Positions 46,520 through 58,200 of a stretch of DNA of 64,000 nt are shown here, in pieces. The stretch comes from Macrostomum hystrix (taxonomy: Eukaryota > Animalia > Platyhelminthes). Position 1 is the stretch's first letter, and each line of letters opens with the position of its first letter. The position numbers and the translations under genes were made by a program. The notes under the pieces were generated by a model. It searched no databases, was not told the origin of the DNA, and worked only from the letters and a program-made list of their open reading frames with translations. The stretch spans positions 6,510,001 to 6,574,000 of the forward strand of contig CATNEN010000002.1 in assembly GCA_950097015.1 (NCBI GenBank), written 5' to 3'.

Positions 46520-47883
46520 TGCCAGAATAGAAGGAACCAGATCAGATTTTATTTGCAGAAAGAATAAAAACAAGCAGAAACAGAAAATTTTTCTGAGCTG
46601 CATTCAAATGAATCTTATTTTAAGTCTGAAATTGAAGCATCAAAGTTAAAAAATGCAACCCCTAAAACAGATGTCGCTGCAAACACAATCCAAACAATCG
46701 ATTGCAGCGCAGCTCCCAACCAGCGCACTTGTCAGCAGTGACTGCTTGACCAACAGCTTCAGTCGCCTCTCGTTAAAGTAGCATGAATCTCCACTGCTCA
46801 AGTGTCACTCCTTCTGGTGGAACTTGCTCATCCTCAACCATGCCGGCTTCCGCCAAACGGTTCTTGAGATTTGACTTCAACGCAGAGTTAGCAAATTCGG
46901 TCGGGTTTAGAAATTGTGAATACGGGGGTAGGATTCGTGTCGTAATTCTGTCCCGATGGTTCTCTCGGATCTCCACATTACGATGAAAATTTGGGCCGTC
47001 CATAAAAATTATCCAGTTTCCGGTAGGGTCCAGTTGATGGCAGCGGTCTGCTAGGTGGTCTAAAAATTATTGAAACCTTTGCTACGTTTGGCCACCTCTC
47101 TGGATGACAGAATGCACCAACCCGAACTCCGACGAAATTGCCATGCAAACCGTAACGTTAGGACCCCTCTGGGTTGTCACCGTGCGCTTCACTGGGTGTC
47201 CACGAGCCGACCTGCCCTGCGACCTCCGGGTCCACAAGTTAAAACCGGTCTCATCTAAGTTAGACAGTGTGAACTCCTGGAGCTAAGTGGAGCATGAAGT
47301 TAGCTTATTCGCTTCTGGCGTCCAGGCTTTCGACTCGGTTAGTGTTTAGGCGAATACGAGCGTATCCGTCCCCTTGGTAGCAAGTTTGACCGTAAAGAGC
47401 CAAACCATCCATTGTTCGATCAATTGTTTTAAGGCTCACCTGTGGCTTGTCAGGAAAGCATCCAATCAGCTTCTCAGCCATTGACTTTAGCGATAGAAAG
47501 GGATTTCACTGCACCTCATGTTGTAAAAAATCTCGCATCTCTGCGTCCATTTTGCAGTTTGCTTCCTTGCGTCCTCCACGAGGCAAAGCTTCCAACCTGC
47601 CAGCTTGTTCGAACGTTGACCGAATACGGTGAACAGAAGTTTTGGATACTCCAAAAAAGACTGACACATCTTTCATCGACAGTCCACGGTGCAAGGCGGC
47701 GACGATGCGCTGTCGATCACGTACAGCAATTTGGGGTGCCATTATTGCTTAACTGATCAAACGAAAGAAAATGAAAGTGTGTTGTCTCTGTGAAAATCTA
47801 ATCTGGTTCCTTCTATTCTGGCTCATCGTTCCACATAGCATGACAAATTGAGTTGTCTATGGCTTACTTTCTCGTGTGAATTC
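46520..47883 (-). mobile_element. IS630/Tc1-like transposon A, pseudogenised, both TIRs truncated
   Basis: HTH-like ORF 47742-47506, then LDETGFNLWTRRSQGRS and DGPNFH..LPPYSQFLNPTE with stops and a frameshift. Confidence 0.85.
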
Positions 47884-47885
47884 TA

Positions 47886-48609
47886 TAGTATTGCTTTTGT
47901 CGCGCTATGTGGAACAGTGGACATGCAAAACGGAACGGCCCATGGAATTCTATGACCAAGCGTTTGAATTCACACGAGAAAGTAAGCCATAGACAACTCG
48001 ATTTGTCAGCTATGTGGAACGATGAGCCAGAATAGAGGGAACGATTTTTAGCTTTTCACAGAGACAACAACACGCTTCCATTTTCTTTCGTTTGATCAGT
48101 TAAGCAATAATGGGGCCCCAAATGAAGTCAAATCTCAAAAACCGTTTGGCGGAAGCCGGCATGGTTGAGGATGAGCAAGTTCCACCAGAAGGAGTGACAC
48201 TTGAGCAGTGGAGATTCATGCTACTTTAACGAGAGGCGACTGAAGCTGTTGGTCAAGCAATCACTGCTGACAAGTGCGCTGGCTGGGAGCTGCGCTGCAA
48301 TCGATTGTTTCGATTGTGTTTGCAGCGACATCTGTTTTAGGGGTTCAAATTTTGTAACTGATGCTTCAATTTCAGACTTAAAATAAGATTCACTTGAATG
48401 CAATTCTGCTTCTGCTTGCTTTTATTCTTTCTGCAAAAAAAGCTAAAAATTGTTCCTTCTATTCTCGCTCATCGTTCCACATAGCATGACAAATTGAGTT
48501 GTCTATGGCTTGCTTTCTCGTGTGAATTCAAACGCTCAGCCATAGAATTCCATGGGCCGTTCCGTTTTGCATGTCCACCGTTCCACATTGCGTGACAAAA
48601 GCAATATTA
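47886..48609 (+). mobile_element. Internally deleted copy (B) of transposon A, in opposite orientation, with ~160-bp TIRs
   Basis: TAGTATTGCTTTTGTC...GACAAAAGCAATATTA. The 5' leader up to ATGGGGCCCCAAAT is joined directly to the 3' end of the A transposase region. Confidence 0.85.
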
Positions 48610-48612
48610 GTA

Positions 48613-50153
48613 TAGCTTTTGTCAGGCTATCTCAGCGAATGGGCATTCAAACTCAGCCAGCCCATCTTGTCACTGCGGTTTTTTTTATTGAAGCTGCTAA
48701 TTTTTACCATAGACATGCATTTTAAGACCATGCTATCTCAGCTTGGGACGAGCAATCTCAGCCAACAAATAAGTTCTACGAGTGTTATTCTGTCTATAGT
48801 TTTGTTAACATATGAAGCTGTTCCGCCAAAATGAGGGCAACCAGCAACGTTGATGGAAGACGCTTGATGTACGCGTGGACGGAAGGACAGGATGTTGGTC
48901 TAGCCGCTACAATTCTTGGCATCAAATTAAAAACCGCTCGCCACATCATTGCCACTTTTGAAGCTACAGGTCGGATTGATGCTCTTCAGCGCAGAGGCCG
49001 GAAGATTGGCTTGCAAGCTGGACGACGAGATGCGCCAAGTGCTCATCGGCCTCTTAAATGAAAATCCGATGGCGACACTGAAAGCATTGCAGACTAATCT
49101 CGCTGCTCAGCTTCCAGACAAGCCACCGGTCTCCATTAAGACAATAGCCAGAGCTCTGGATGGAGCCCTGTATACATTTAAGATTGCCACTAAGAACTGC
49201 GACATTCGATTGAGCGCGAACTCTCCCGCGGTGATAGAGAAGCGACGCGAGTGCGCTACTCATGTCGGGACTGCAGCTGGATACGGTGGTAATCTATATA
49301 GACGAGACGGGGTACAACCTCTGGACGCGCAGATCACAGGGAAGGTCGCGACGGGGTCAGCGAGTGAGACGGCGTTGCCCAACACAGAGGGGTCCAAAAT
49401 CTTTCCATCTGTCTGGCCGTGTCATCTGCACTTGGGTTGGTGAAGAGTGAGTTTTTCAGAGGAGGCCAGACAAAGGAGAGGTTTCAACAATTCATCAATG
49501 ACCTCGTGGAGCAAGTCATCCCAGAAATCGGCAACGCCAGAGTCGGCATAGTCTGCGATGGTCCAAGCTTTCATCGTGGTGTGACAGTGCCGGAGCAGCA
49601 CCGCCATCAGTTTGAAATTCAGCTGCTGCCCGCTTACTCGCCGTTTCTCAACCCGTGTGAGATGGCTCAAGCTGGTGGCCGACCTGATGGAGTCACCTGC
49701 GTGGAATGGCGCATTTTTCTGCTGGAGCGAGTGGGCTGAGACTCTTTGCAAGTTGTGACGCCAATGAAGGTAGTCAGGTGGGAAAGTTCACTGCAACCGG
49801 AGCTTCCCACAATGCACCCAGGAGGTACCTTTCAACTAAACTGAAATAGCCTGTTAACTGATCGTCTCTGGTTGCCATTTTCAAAGTTTGCTCTGTATAT
49901 CCCATCCCATACTCTGTTTTCTGTTACCCAGTTTTTCTCTTGTAAATAGACTGTTTAAAAATGTTAATAAAACTATAGACAGAATAACATAGAACTTATA
50001 TGTTGGCTGAGATTGCCCGTCCCAAGCTGAGATAGCATGGTCTTAAAATGCATGTCTATGGTAAAAATTAGCAGCTTCAGTAAAAAACCGCAGTGACAAG
50101 ATGGGCTGGCTGAGTTTGAATGCCCACAGGCTGAGATAGCCTGACAAAAGCTA
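48613..50153 (+). mobile_element. IS630/Tc1-like transposon C, frameshifted, with ~170-bp TIRs and TA flanks
   Basis: TA|TAGCTTTTGTCAGGC...GCCTGACAAAAGCTA|TA. Transposase pieces from ATG 48831 include YIDETGYNLWTRRSQGRS and DGPSFH..LPAYSPFLNPCE. Confidence 0.88.
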
Positions 50154-50166
50154 TAGTAGTAGTACA

Positions 50167-50236
<70 letters not shown>
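50154..50236. repeat. (TAG)n microsatellite
   Basis: Begins exactly at the right end of transposon C. Confidence 0.95.
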
Positions 50237-50237
<1 letters not shown>

Positions 50238-50402
50238 TATATCAGGTTTATCTGCCGCCTGCTACCTTCTGCCGACACTACCCGAAAGACTTGAACTCGT
50301 ACTGACCACAGAGGCCAACAATTATGAGTGTGAGACTCACATCTCAAAGCTTCAGTGCAGGAGCATATCTACGAAGCAGCGTATTTTATATTCAAACAAG
50401 GC

Positions 50403-50720
50403 GGTCGGTGGCAGAGCGGTTATCGCCTTTGCCTCTCGCACCACGGTCCCTAAGTTCGATTCCACAGCCAGGCCACATTTACTTGGGGCGCAGCCGCGGA
50501 GAGAAGGCTTGAGGGCTTGTCGTGCAATTTACGCACTTGTGGGCCAACCTCCAAGGCACAGTGAAATGTACACTGCCTGACGATGAGAAAGTCAGGGCAG
50601 ATGTACACCTGTGTGAGCGTGTGCCTGCGAACAGTATTTGTGTGCGTGTGTGTCGCTAAATGATGTGCCATTGCCTGCAGCCCTCCTGCAATTATTAATA
50701 TTATTATTTTTATTACTCTA
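50403..50720 (+). mobile_element. SINE family A, copy 4
   Basis: GGTGGCAGAGCGGTTA and GTTCGATTCC boxes, family A body and (TTA)n tail. Confidence 0.85.
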
Positions 50721-52104
50721 AAACAACTCGATTCAGAGACCATTTTCTCCGCATAAGCCCTGAGATCTTATCCTATGATATTCTCACAACTCACCTTTAT
50801 CTCAGGTGAAGCTCCATCCAGCCTCTGTTGAACTTCTTGCCAGCTCAGAGCTTTCCGATTCTGTTGTCGAGACGACGATTCCATCGTTGACTTTTTCTTC
50901 CAACGAAAAACCGGCATCTTGTTGAGGCAGCAATATTATGCTCATGCTAGCATTCTGCGCCATGCTCAGCCAATTTCTTTTATTATAATCAGCGCTTCTG
51001 TTGCGAGCCCGCATGTGAGATTTCATTAATTTTTTCTGCTTGACGACGAAATTTGAAATCCATCCACTTCAGTTTTTACAAGCCTGGCAACAACAAGACA
51101 AGTGTCACTGACAACTGAATCCATGCAGGCATTTTCTAAATCAATCTAGATTTGCCTTCGTGAGACATTTTATGCAGGTGAGACTTAATCCCATCGAATT
51201 TCTGCTAAAAAAGTTCGCGATTCCGCCATGATTTTCACACTTTGAACGGTTGGGAAAAAATAGCGAAGAAGTCATACGGAAACTAAAGGTAAGAAAATAT
51301 CACAGTAATTTATTATTGTAATCACCAGCATAAACTTTTCAAACCGTGAAAAAGATCAAACTTCGAAAAGGTTAAGTAAGATTGGTTAAGGTGCAAGAAA
51401 TTCAAGGGTTTTTACTCGTATTAGAGATGGCAAATGAATGGTCATTCATTTTGATAATTTGAATTAAATTTAACTTTAACTCTTTTGTGTGTAACCTAGC
51501 CAAAGTATTTAGTACTCTGAGTAGGTATATATTTCAGAATCAGCAGTCTACAGAAAATTTACAACAGTTTCATAAAAAGGAGGTCATTCACGGACAGCAC
51601 AAAATTTCGTATTTATAGAAAAATCACAGCCCAAAGAGGCGAGGAACCGTGCCATTTCACGTTTTGGCGGGTAGAAACTGTACCGTGCAATTGCATGTAC
51701 AGTCAGCATTTGGCTTTGGATCCGACTCCAACATGACTTGACAATTACAAATCAAAGATGAGAGCTTTCCTCAGGTGACATCATCAAGCTTAATACCATC
51801 TGGATTCTCTGATCCTGAGCGAGCAGCTTCCTCGCTTATTCCTAGGCCGTCTGGTAGTTCTAACGCCTCCACCTTGGCCTCCGCATTTTTGGTACCCCGC
51901 TCGATGAGGCCCTGGACTGTGGAGATCACGCCAGACATGAACACCAGGCCAAGGTAGATCCACAGTGATATGCCAAACTTGTAGACTGACGAGTTCGCCT
52001 TCTGGCCTGTGGAAAGCGGTTCAAGATGTTTGTTTCACCAGAAAATTCTTACACTGGCCACAAAGGGGTGATGAAGCGTTGACGCAGGGCAAATCGCACT
52101 CAAC

Positions 52105-52395
52105 GAGGTCCATCATTTGGTGACAGTAGACCCGCAGCCAGCGAGGAGGCAATTCTGCTTCACTCACGCACACAGATACCGTACGCAGGCACACACTCAC
52201 ACAAGTGTGTACATCTGCCCTGACTTTCTCATCGTCATTTCACTATGCCTTGGAGGTTAGCCATCATGGGAGTAAATTGCACGACAAGCCCCCAAGCCTT
52301 CTCTCCGCGGCTGCGCCCCAAATGAATGTGTCCTCGCCATGGAATCGAGCTCAGGGACCTTGGTGCGAGAGGCAAACGCGTTAACTGCCCTGACC
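52105..52395 (-). mobile_element. SINE family A, copy 5 (K2P intron 2)
   Basis: Reverse complement of the family A consensus. Confidence 0.85.
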
Positions 52396-54334
52396 CCAGA
52401 TGGATATTATAGACGTCTGAAAATGCGAAAGTTAGGGAAGAAGGGAAAAATATGCCTGTTTGCTGGCGTCTGCTTGACCGTCGACAAATGATGCGTCAAC
52501 ACCCACAGCCGCTCTAGGAATGTCCAAATATTGCACGTTTGTCCAGCACCCTTATTTGGCACCTAGTCAATAAGCGTACTCACCTGCCCACCCAACAGTC
52601 ACTTTACAATACTGCTTAGCAACCAGATGTCATTGTCTGAATAATGTACAGAGAACAAAATACATAGCAATTTGCAACAACGAACAACTAAAGTCTATCG
52701 TACAGACTATCTTTTTGTATCCGTGATGAAGGCTTTCGTACAGTTAAAAACCGAAAATGAATGTAATACACTAAAAGTGGGGAACGAACCTCGCGCTGGC
52801 AGACCGAGACCGGTTTCTGGCTTGTTTGCCTTCGTCAGTCAGCCATAGCCACACGCCGTCCTCTCCCACCACTCTTAGTGTGCACAGAAGCCTCTCCCAC
52901 CCTGCCATTTTATGGCGATACTTTTTTGTGTTATGTGAGAGTTTTGCAGCCAAGTCTTTGCTTTTCTACTGTTGCCAGCAGTTTGAATTGTATCTCTCAC
53001 AATGAATTTAAATTTAGTTTAGAACAATAAACGAAGTTAAATGACTTATGTGCATTTATGTGGGGAATTTCTCTAATATCAACGTACATAGAGTTAAACA
53101 ATGAGCTTTGTAGGCAGGCTTCAACGAAGCCCAACTGTGCCTAAAACATATGCTGTCACACCATATGGCGCACACGTGGTTGAAACAACTGTGCTCAGCG
53201 CGATTTCGTATGGAAGGCTTGGCTGTTTTGGAAATTCTCTGTTGCAAACAGCGACTTTTAATTCACTTTTACTCAGTGCAATCATAGATGGCTAAGATAT
53301 AGAATGGGGTGTAAAAGCCCTTTTGCGTCTCACAGAACTGAGCTATCTGTGTAGAGGGCCGTGAGCTTGTTTAAAAAGCACAATTTGGAGGCTCACCAGC
53401 CACAAAGTCTCCGAATCCGATGGTGGAGAGTGTGACGAAGCTGTAGTACATGCCTTCCGTGTACTTCCAGCCTTCCAATGTCGTGAACACCCCCGCAGGC
53501 ACTAAAATGAACAGCGCCATGCCCACCACGAAGTACAGCGTCGTGGTGACAGCCTCCGGAACACGACCTTTGTCCTTCCAGCACGCGCAGTCCTGCACGC
53601 GCTCCTTCAGCGCCTTGACCCGCTCGGCGATACCGCTGAGTAGGATGGCTAGCAGCGGGATGCCGATGAGGGCGTAGACGCAGCAGAAGGCCTGGCCACC
53701 AGGCGTCGAAGGCGACAGATTGCCGTAGCCAATCGTGGTGATGACGGCCATGCAGAAGAAGACGGCGCTGGGGTAGTCCCACTTGGGCGCCGGGGCGATC
53801 ACAGTGCCATTGTCACCCAGGCGGTAGCCGGCCTTGTAGGTGTCGAGCACCTGGGAGAACAGCGCGCTCAGGTCGTTGGAGTCGACGCATTTGTACTGGG
53901 CTGCAACAAAGAGGGTCGTTGTTGTTTTCTCTCACAGTAAGACCAAAAAATCGCCTACGAAAATAGAGAACATGCCCAATGTGTAGAGTCGAGGTAGAGA
54001 ACGAGGTTCATATTCAGTTTAGGTGAATTCAAAGCGAAAGTGGGAGGCTCTGTCCGCTGCCCTGAGGTCATTGTTTTATTTTAAAATTTTCGTATCTAAA
54101 TGTGTAACTGTTCAATTGTATTTTTCCATGTCCAAAAAACTATGCATTTTTCGAGTAGATCGCAGTTTAGATTTCTGTTTTCAGATTTAATATGTTGCAT
54201 TTTTTTCAATGTGCTTCTGTTATTTTTTAAATCAACCATGTCATGTAGTCCTTGCTCATTATTAATCCAAAATCACCCACGAGTAACAAGTACGAGTATG
54301 ATTGCTGATGCGTATAAACTTTTACAGGCGATAA

Positions 54335-54615
54335 TATAATTGATTACACCTGTCCCAATCGGGCCAGATGTGCAGCCGACAGCACAGCCGCATCTAAAGA
54401 CTGCGTACAGCTGTTCAGTCCAATGGACTGGGGGACGCCACACCTACCTTCAATTATCCCCGTTAAAGCAGGTACCCATTTAACAGCTGGGTGAACTAAA
54501 CCAATGCAGAGTTAAGTGTCTTGCCAAAGGACACAAATTGTTTCAGTGGAGTCGGGAATCGAACCCCCGACCTTCAAGTCGTGAGTCCGACACCCTAACC
54601 ACTAGGCTAAAACCT
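54335..54615 (-). mobile_element. SINE family B: tRNA head plus a conserved-core-like body (K2P intron 1)
   Basis: Minus strand reads TAGCCTAGTGGTTAGGG..GGTTCGATTCCCG, then TGTGTCCTTTGGCAAGACACTTAAC and CACCCAGCTGTTAAATGGGTACCTG. These resemble central domains of Nin/Deu/CORE-type SINEs, from memory. Confidence 0.75.
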
Positions 54616-55252
54616 CTGGTGGAGACTCTATAGGCTATGGCGAATCTATATTGCTTCAGGAAAAGAAAAAATACGATTTTATCAAATCAAAATAGTTAAC
54701 AAAGATAGCCAACCTGGTTACATGCTGAAATTTTGTGAGCAGAAGAAATATGCCTATATTTGTGTTTCCTGATCGTTTAGAATCGTTGAATGTCTCGACG
54801 ATGCCACTGTTCTGTGATTCTGGAAGTTGTTTCATCGGACTGAGTGGAAAATTATAACCCGTGTTTTGCATTTTAATGGCGATTGTTTGAATATTTTGGG
54901 AGACACAGAAAAATAGAAAATGTGGGTATTTCCCCCGCTGTATCTCTAATGTTAATCGGCAAGCACAATGCACATTGTGCGCATGATAATGTAAATGAAA
55001 TAATATTCAACTCGTTCGTCTATTTTCAGTCATTGTTGCGACTGTCGAGCAGAGTTGAGTGTAAGACTTGCTTCTTTTCTCAGGGCATTGTATATTTCTT
55101 ATTGTTTATTGGTTGATTGTGTAAAAATCCTACGCTTTCATGTCCTAAGAAAAACAAAAAATGCCTCACACAGAAACTTTGAGGTCAAAGTGAGCAGCTC
55201 CAGTTCCTTGGATTCCTCTGTTGGCCGTTCGATGTAGTGAAAGCCCACAGCT

Positions 55253-58200
55253 GACTCAGCTGACCATCCTCCGCTGCGAGGAGAGGAAAGCTGGCGAAGC
55301 CAAAAAAGCCAAAGCTCCTGAGTCCGGATCCGGGGCGCAAGCTCCTCCGGCGAAGAAGCAGAGGCAAACGGTGGATCCCCACCCCGGTAAAGCAGCCCGC
55401 GCTGCCGAATCCGGACCTCGCGACCGCAGGCCTGCCAGGTCCACCCGGAGATCTGGGCTGGTCCAGCGTGCGCTGGAACAAGCCAGGACTCTCAGGGCGC
55501 ACCTGAAACCTGCACCTGGTTTGAGGCTAGCACTCACCAGGCGGATCGCGCCATCCACGTTGACCTGACCGACGAGGCGAGCCTGGGCAGTATCGGCGTC
55601 ACGACGCAAAGGGACGGCGAGGGAGACACTCTTGCTGGGCAAATGCCCGCTGAGGGCTCCTCAGCCACCCTGACCGCCGGGGACGCCGAGATTCCCATGG
55701 AGCTTTGCGAGCCTTCCATCTCCGAAAAGGAAGAGGAGGAATTGCTACGCGACTCCCCGACTGCGCGGCCATGATCAGCAGTCCAGGAATTAGCTGCCTG
55801 CAGATTAATCTGCAACACAGCGTCGCAGCTTCGGCTAACCTGATGCGTCAAGCCGAGCTCGACAAGCCGGGTCTCATCCTAGTCCAGGAGCCGTGGACCT
55901 CCAAAGGTAAGCCCCAAAACGTGCCTTCTGGGTACAACTGCTTCTGCGTTAGCCCCCGCGAGGCGAACCGGCCACCTAGAGCCTGTATCTTCGGGGCCAA
56001 AACCCTCGGTGCTTGGCTCAGACCCGACCTGTCTAACGGGGATATCTGCGTCATTCAGTCTGAGGATCTGCTGCCTGGGAGAACCACCCTCGTTGCCTCG
56101 GTTTACCTACCAGGTGACGTAGCGGTCGTCCCCCGGACGCTCACCACCCTGGTCGAACTCTGCTCTGCCAGGAATTATGAGCTGATGGTCGCCGGCGACA
56201 TCAACGCCCACCATACCCACTGGGGCAGCACAGGGATAAACCAGAGAGGCGAAGACCTCCTGTCCTATGTTACCTCTACGACCCTGGAGTTCTGTAACTC
56301 TGGGTCTACGCCTACTTTCGACAATGGACGCTGGTCAGAGGTGATTGACGCCACGCTCGCTTCACCCAAGCTCTTTCAGAGTATTGGGGTGTGGCGCGTG
56401 CTCCCGGTGCCGTCCCTCTCTGACCATAAGTTCATTCACTTTCGTGTGGCGAGCGCTCGCAGCCTAAACCACATCACGTGGAGACGGAACGCCAGAAATA
56501 CTGATTGGGAAGCCTTCAGGCATGCCTTGGAGACGACCCATCGGTCTTCGGGCCAACCACCCACTATTTCGACGTGCCGAGAGGCGGACGAGTGCGCGAC
56601 TGTTTTAACAGAAACGCTAACCGCCGCCTTCGAGGCTGCCTGTCCCCTAAAAGCCTACAAAGGGAAGACATCTGCGCCGTGGTGGAATCCTCAGCTCGGC
56701 GACCTCCGTCGCAGAGCGAAGAGATTACACCGCAGAGCGAACAAAACCAGGAGCCCTGCAGACCAGACCGCCTACCTTGAAGCCATCCATGAGTTCAAGA
56801 GGGAGATCAGGACTGCCAAGGCCCAGAAGTGGCGCCAATACTGCGAGGAGCTAGAGGGCTCACGCCCCACCTCCAGAATTGTCAAAGCACTTACGCTAGA
56901 CAAAATGTCCAAGCTCTCCTCGGTTAAGCGAACCGACGGCACGTCAACTGACAACCCAGGAGAAACGCTTGAGGTCATGCTCTCTGCCTTCTTCCCCAAC
57001 GAACCAACCAACCTGACCACCTCAGACCACACTGAGGGAGGCCAGATGCTGGCTGCCTCTATCATCACGGAGGACCGCATCGTTAAAGCGGCCACCTCCT
57101 TCAAGCCTTTCAAGGCTCCAGGGCCTGATGGCATCGTACCTGCCTTTCTTAGAGAGGCGGTTAAATGCCCAGGTTTCCTGCGCTCTCTTTGCAACCTCTA
57201 TCGAGCCTGCATCACGCTCGGGTACGTCCCGCAGGCATGGACCGAGGCGAAGGTGATTTTTATCCCGAAGCCAGGCCGCCCGGACTACCAGTCTATAAAA
57301 TCCTTCAGACCAATCAGCCTAACCACCTTCCTGGTCAAGCTGATGGAGAGACTAGTGCTGTGGCGCCTTCTCTCAGTGGAACTGAAGAACGCGCCGCTCA
57401 GCGACAACCAGCATGCTTTTCGGGCGGGTCGCTCCACCGAAAGCGCGCTGCACGTTCTGGTCGACAAATTGGAGAAAGCTGTGCTTGGCACCGGCTTCGC
57501 CTTAAGCGTCTTCCTAGACATTGATGGTGCCTTTGACAACGTCCTCTTCGAAGCGTTCCGCAAAGCCCTTTACGAGAGGCACACTCACTCGTCCCTCACC
57601 AGATGGATCATGTTTATGATCAGTCATCGCACGGTCACTGCCAACCTGCTGGGCCACCAACGGACGGTCCCCGTCCGCAAAGGGAGCCCGCAGGGAGGGG
57701 TCCTCTCTCCTATTCTCTGGAACATGGTCATTGACGAGCTCCTCCGTGACGACCGTCCTGACCCAATCCTGAAGGTGGGGTATGCGGACGATGTCACTGC
57801 TGTGGCGTCTGGCCCATCCCCTGACACTCTCAGGGACCTCCTTCAGAATTTCATCCACTCTGCTGAACAATGGGCGGGTCGCTGTGGTCTGAAGCTCTCC
57901 GAGACCAAGACTGCAGTGATCATGTTCACCAGCAGAAACAAGTGGCAGATACAGCCGCTTAGGCTTTACGGTAAGGAAATTTCCTTCTGTAAGCAAACCA
58001 AATGCCTAGGGATCACCTTGGACCATAGGCTGAACTGGTCTCCCCATGTTCAAACCAAAACCAAGAGGGCCCTCGCGATCCTCGCGCAGCTGCGGAGGGC
58101 CGTTGGCACCACCTGGGGGCTCACCCCCAAGCGCCTCTGGTGGATCTATACTGCAATGGTCAGGCCAGCTGTCTCGTACGGCAGCTTGATCTGGGCCAGT

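Noticed and set aside
50802-51230. Minus-strand 74-aa ORF and an upstream MAESRTFLAEIRWD* resembling the Ssdp FLSEIRWE motif
   Set aside because: The match is too short and ends in a stop with no other Ssdp similarity, so it is treated as chance.
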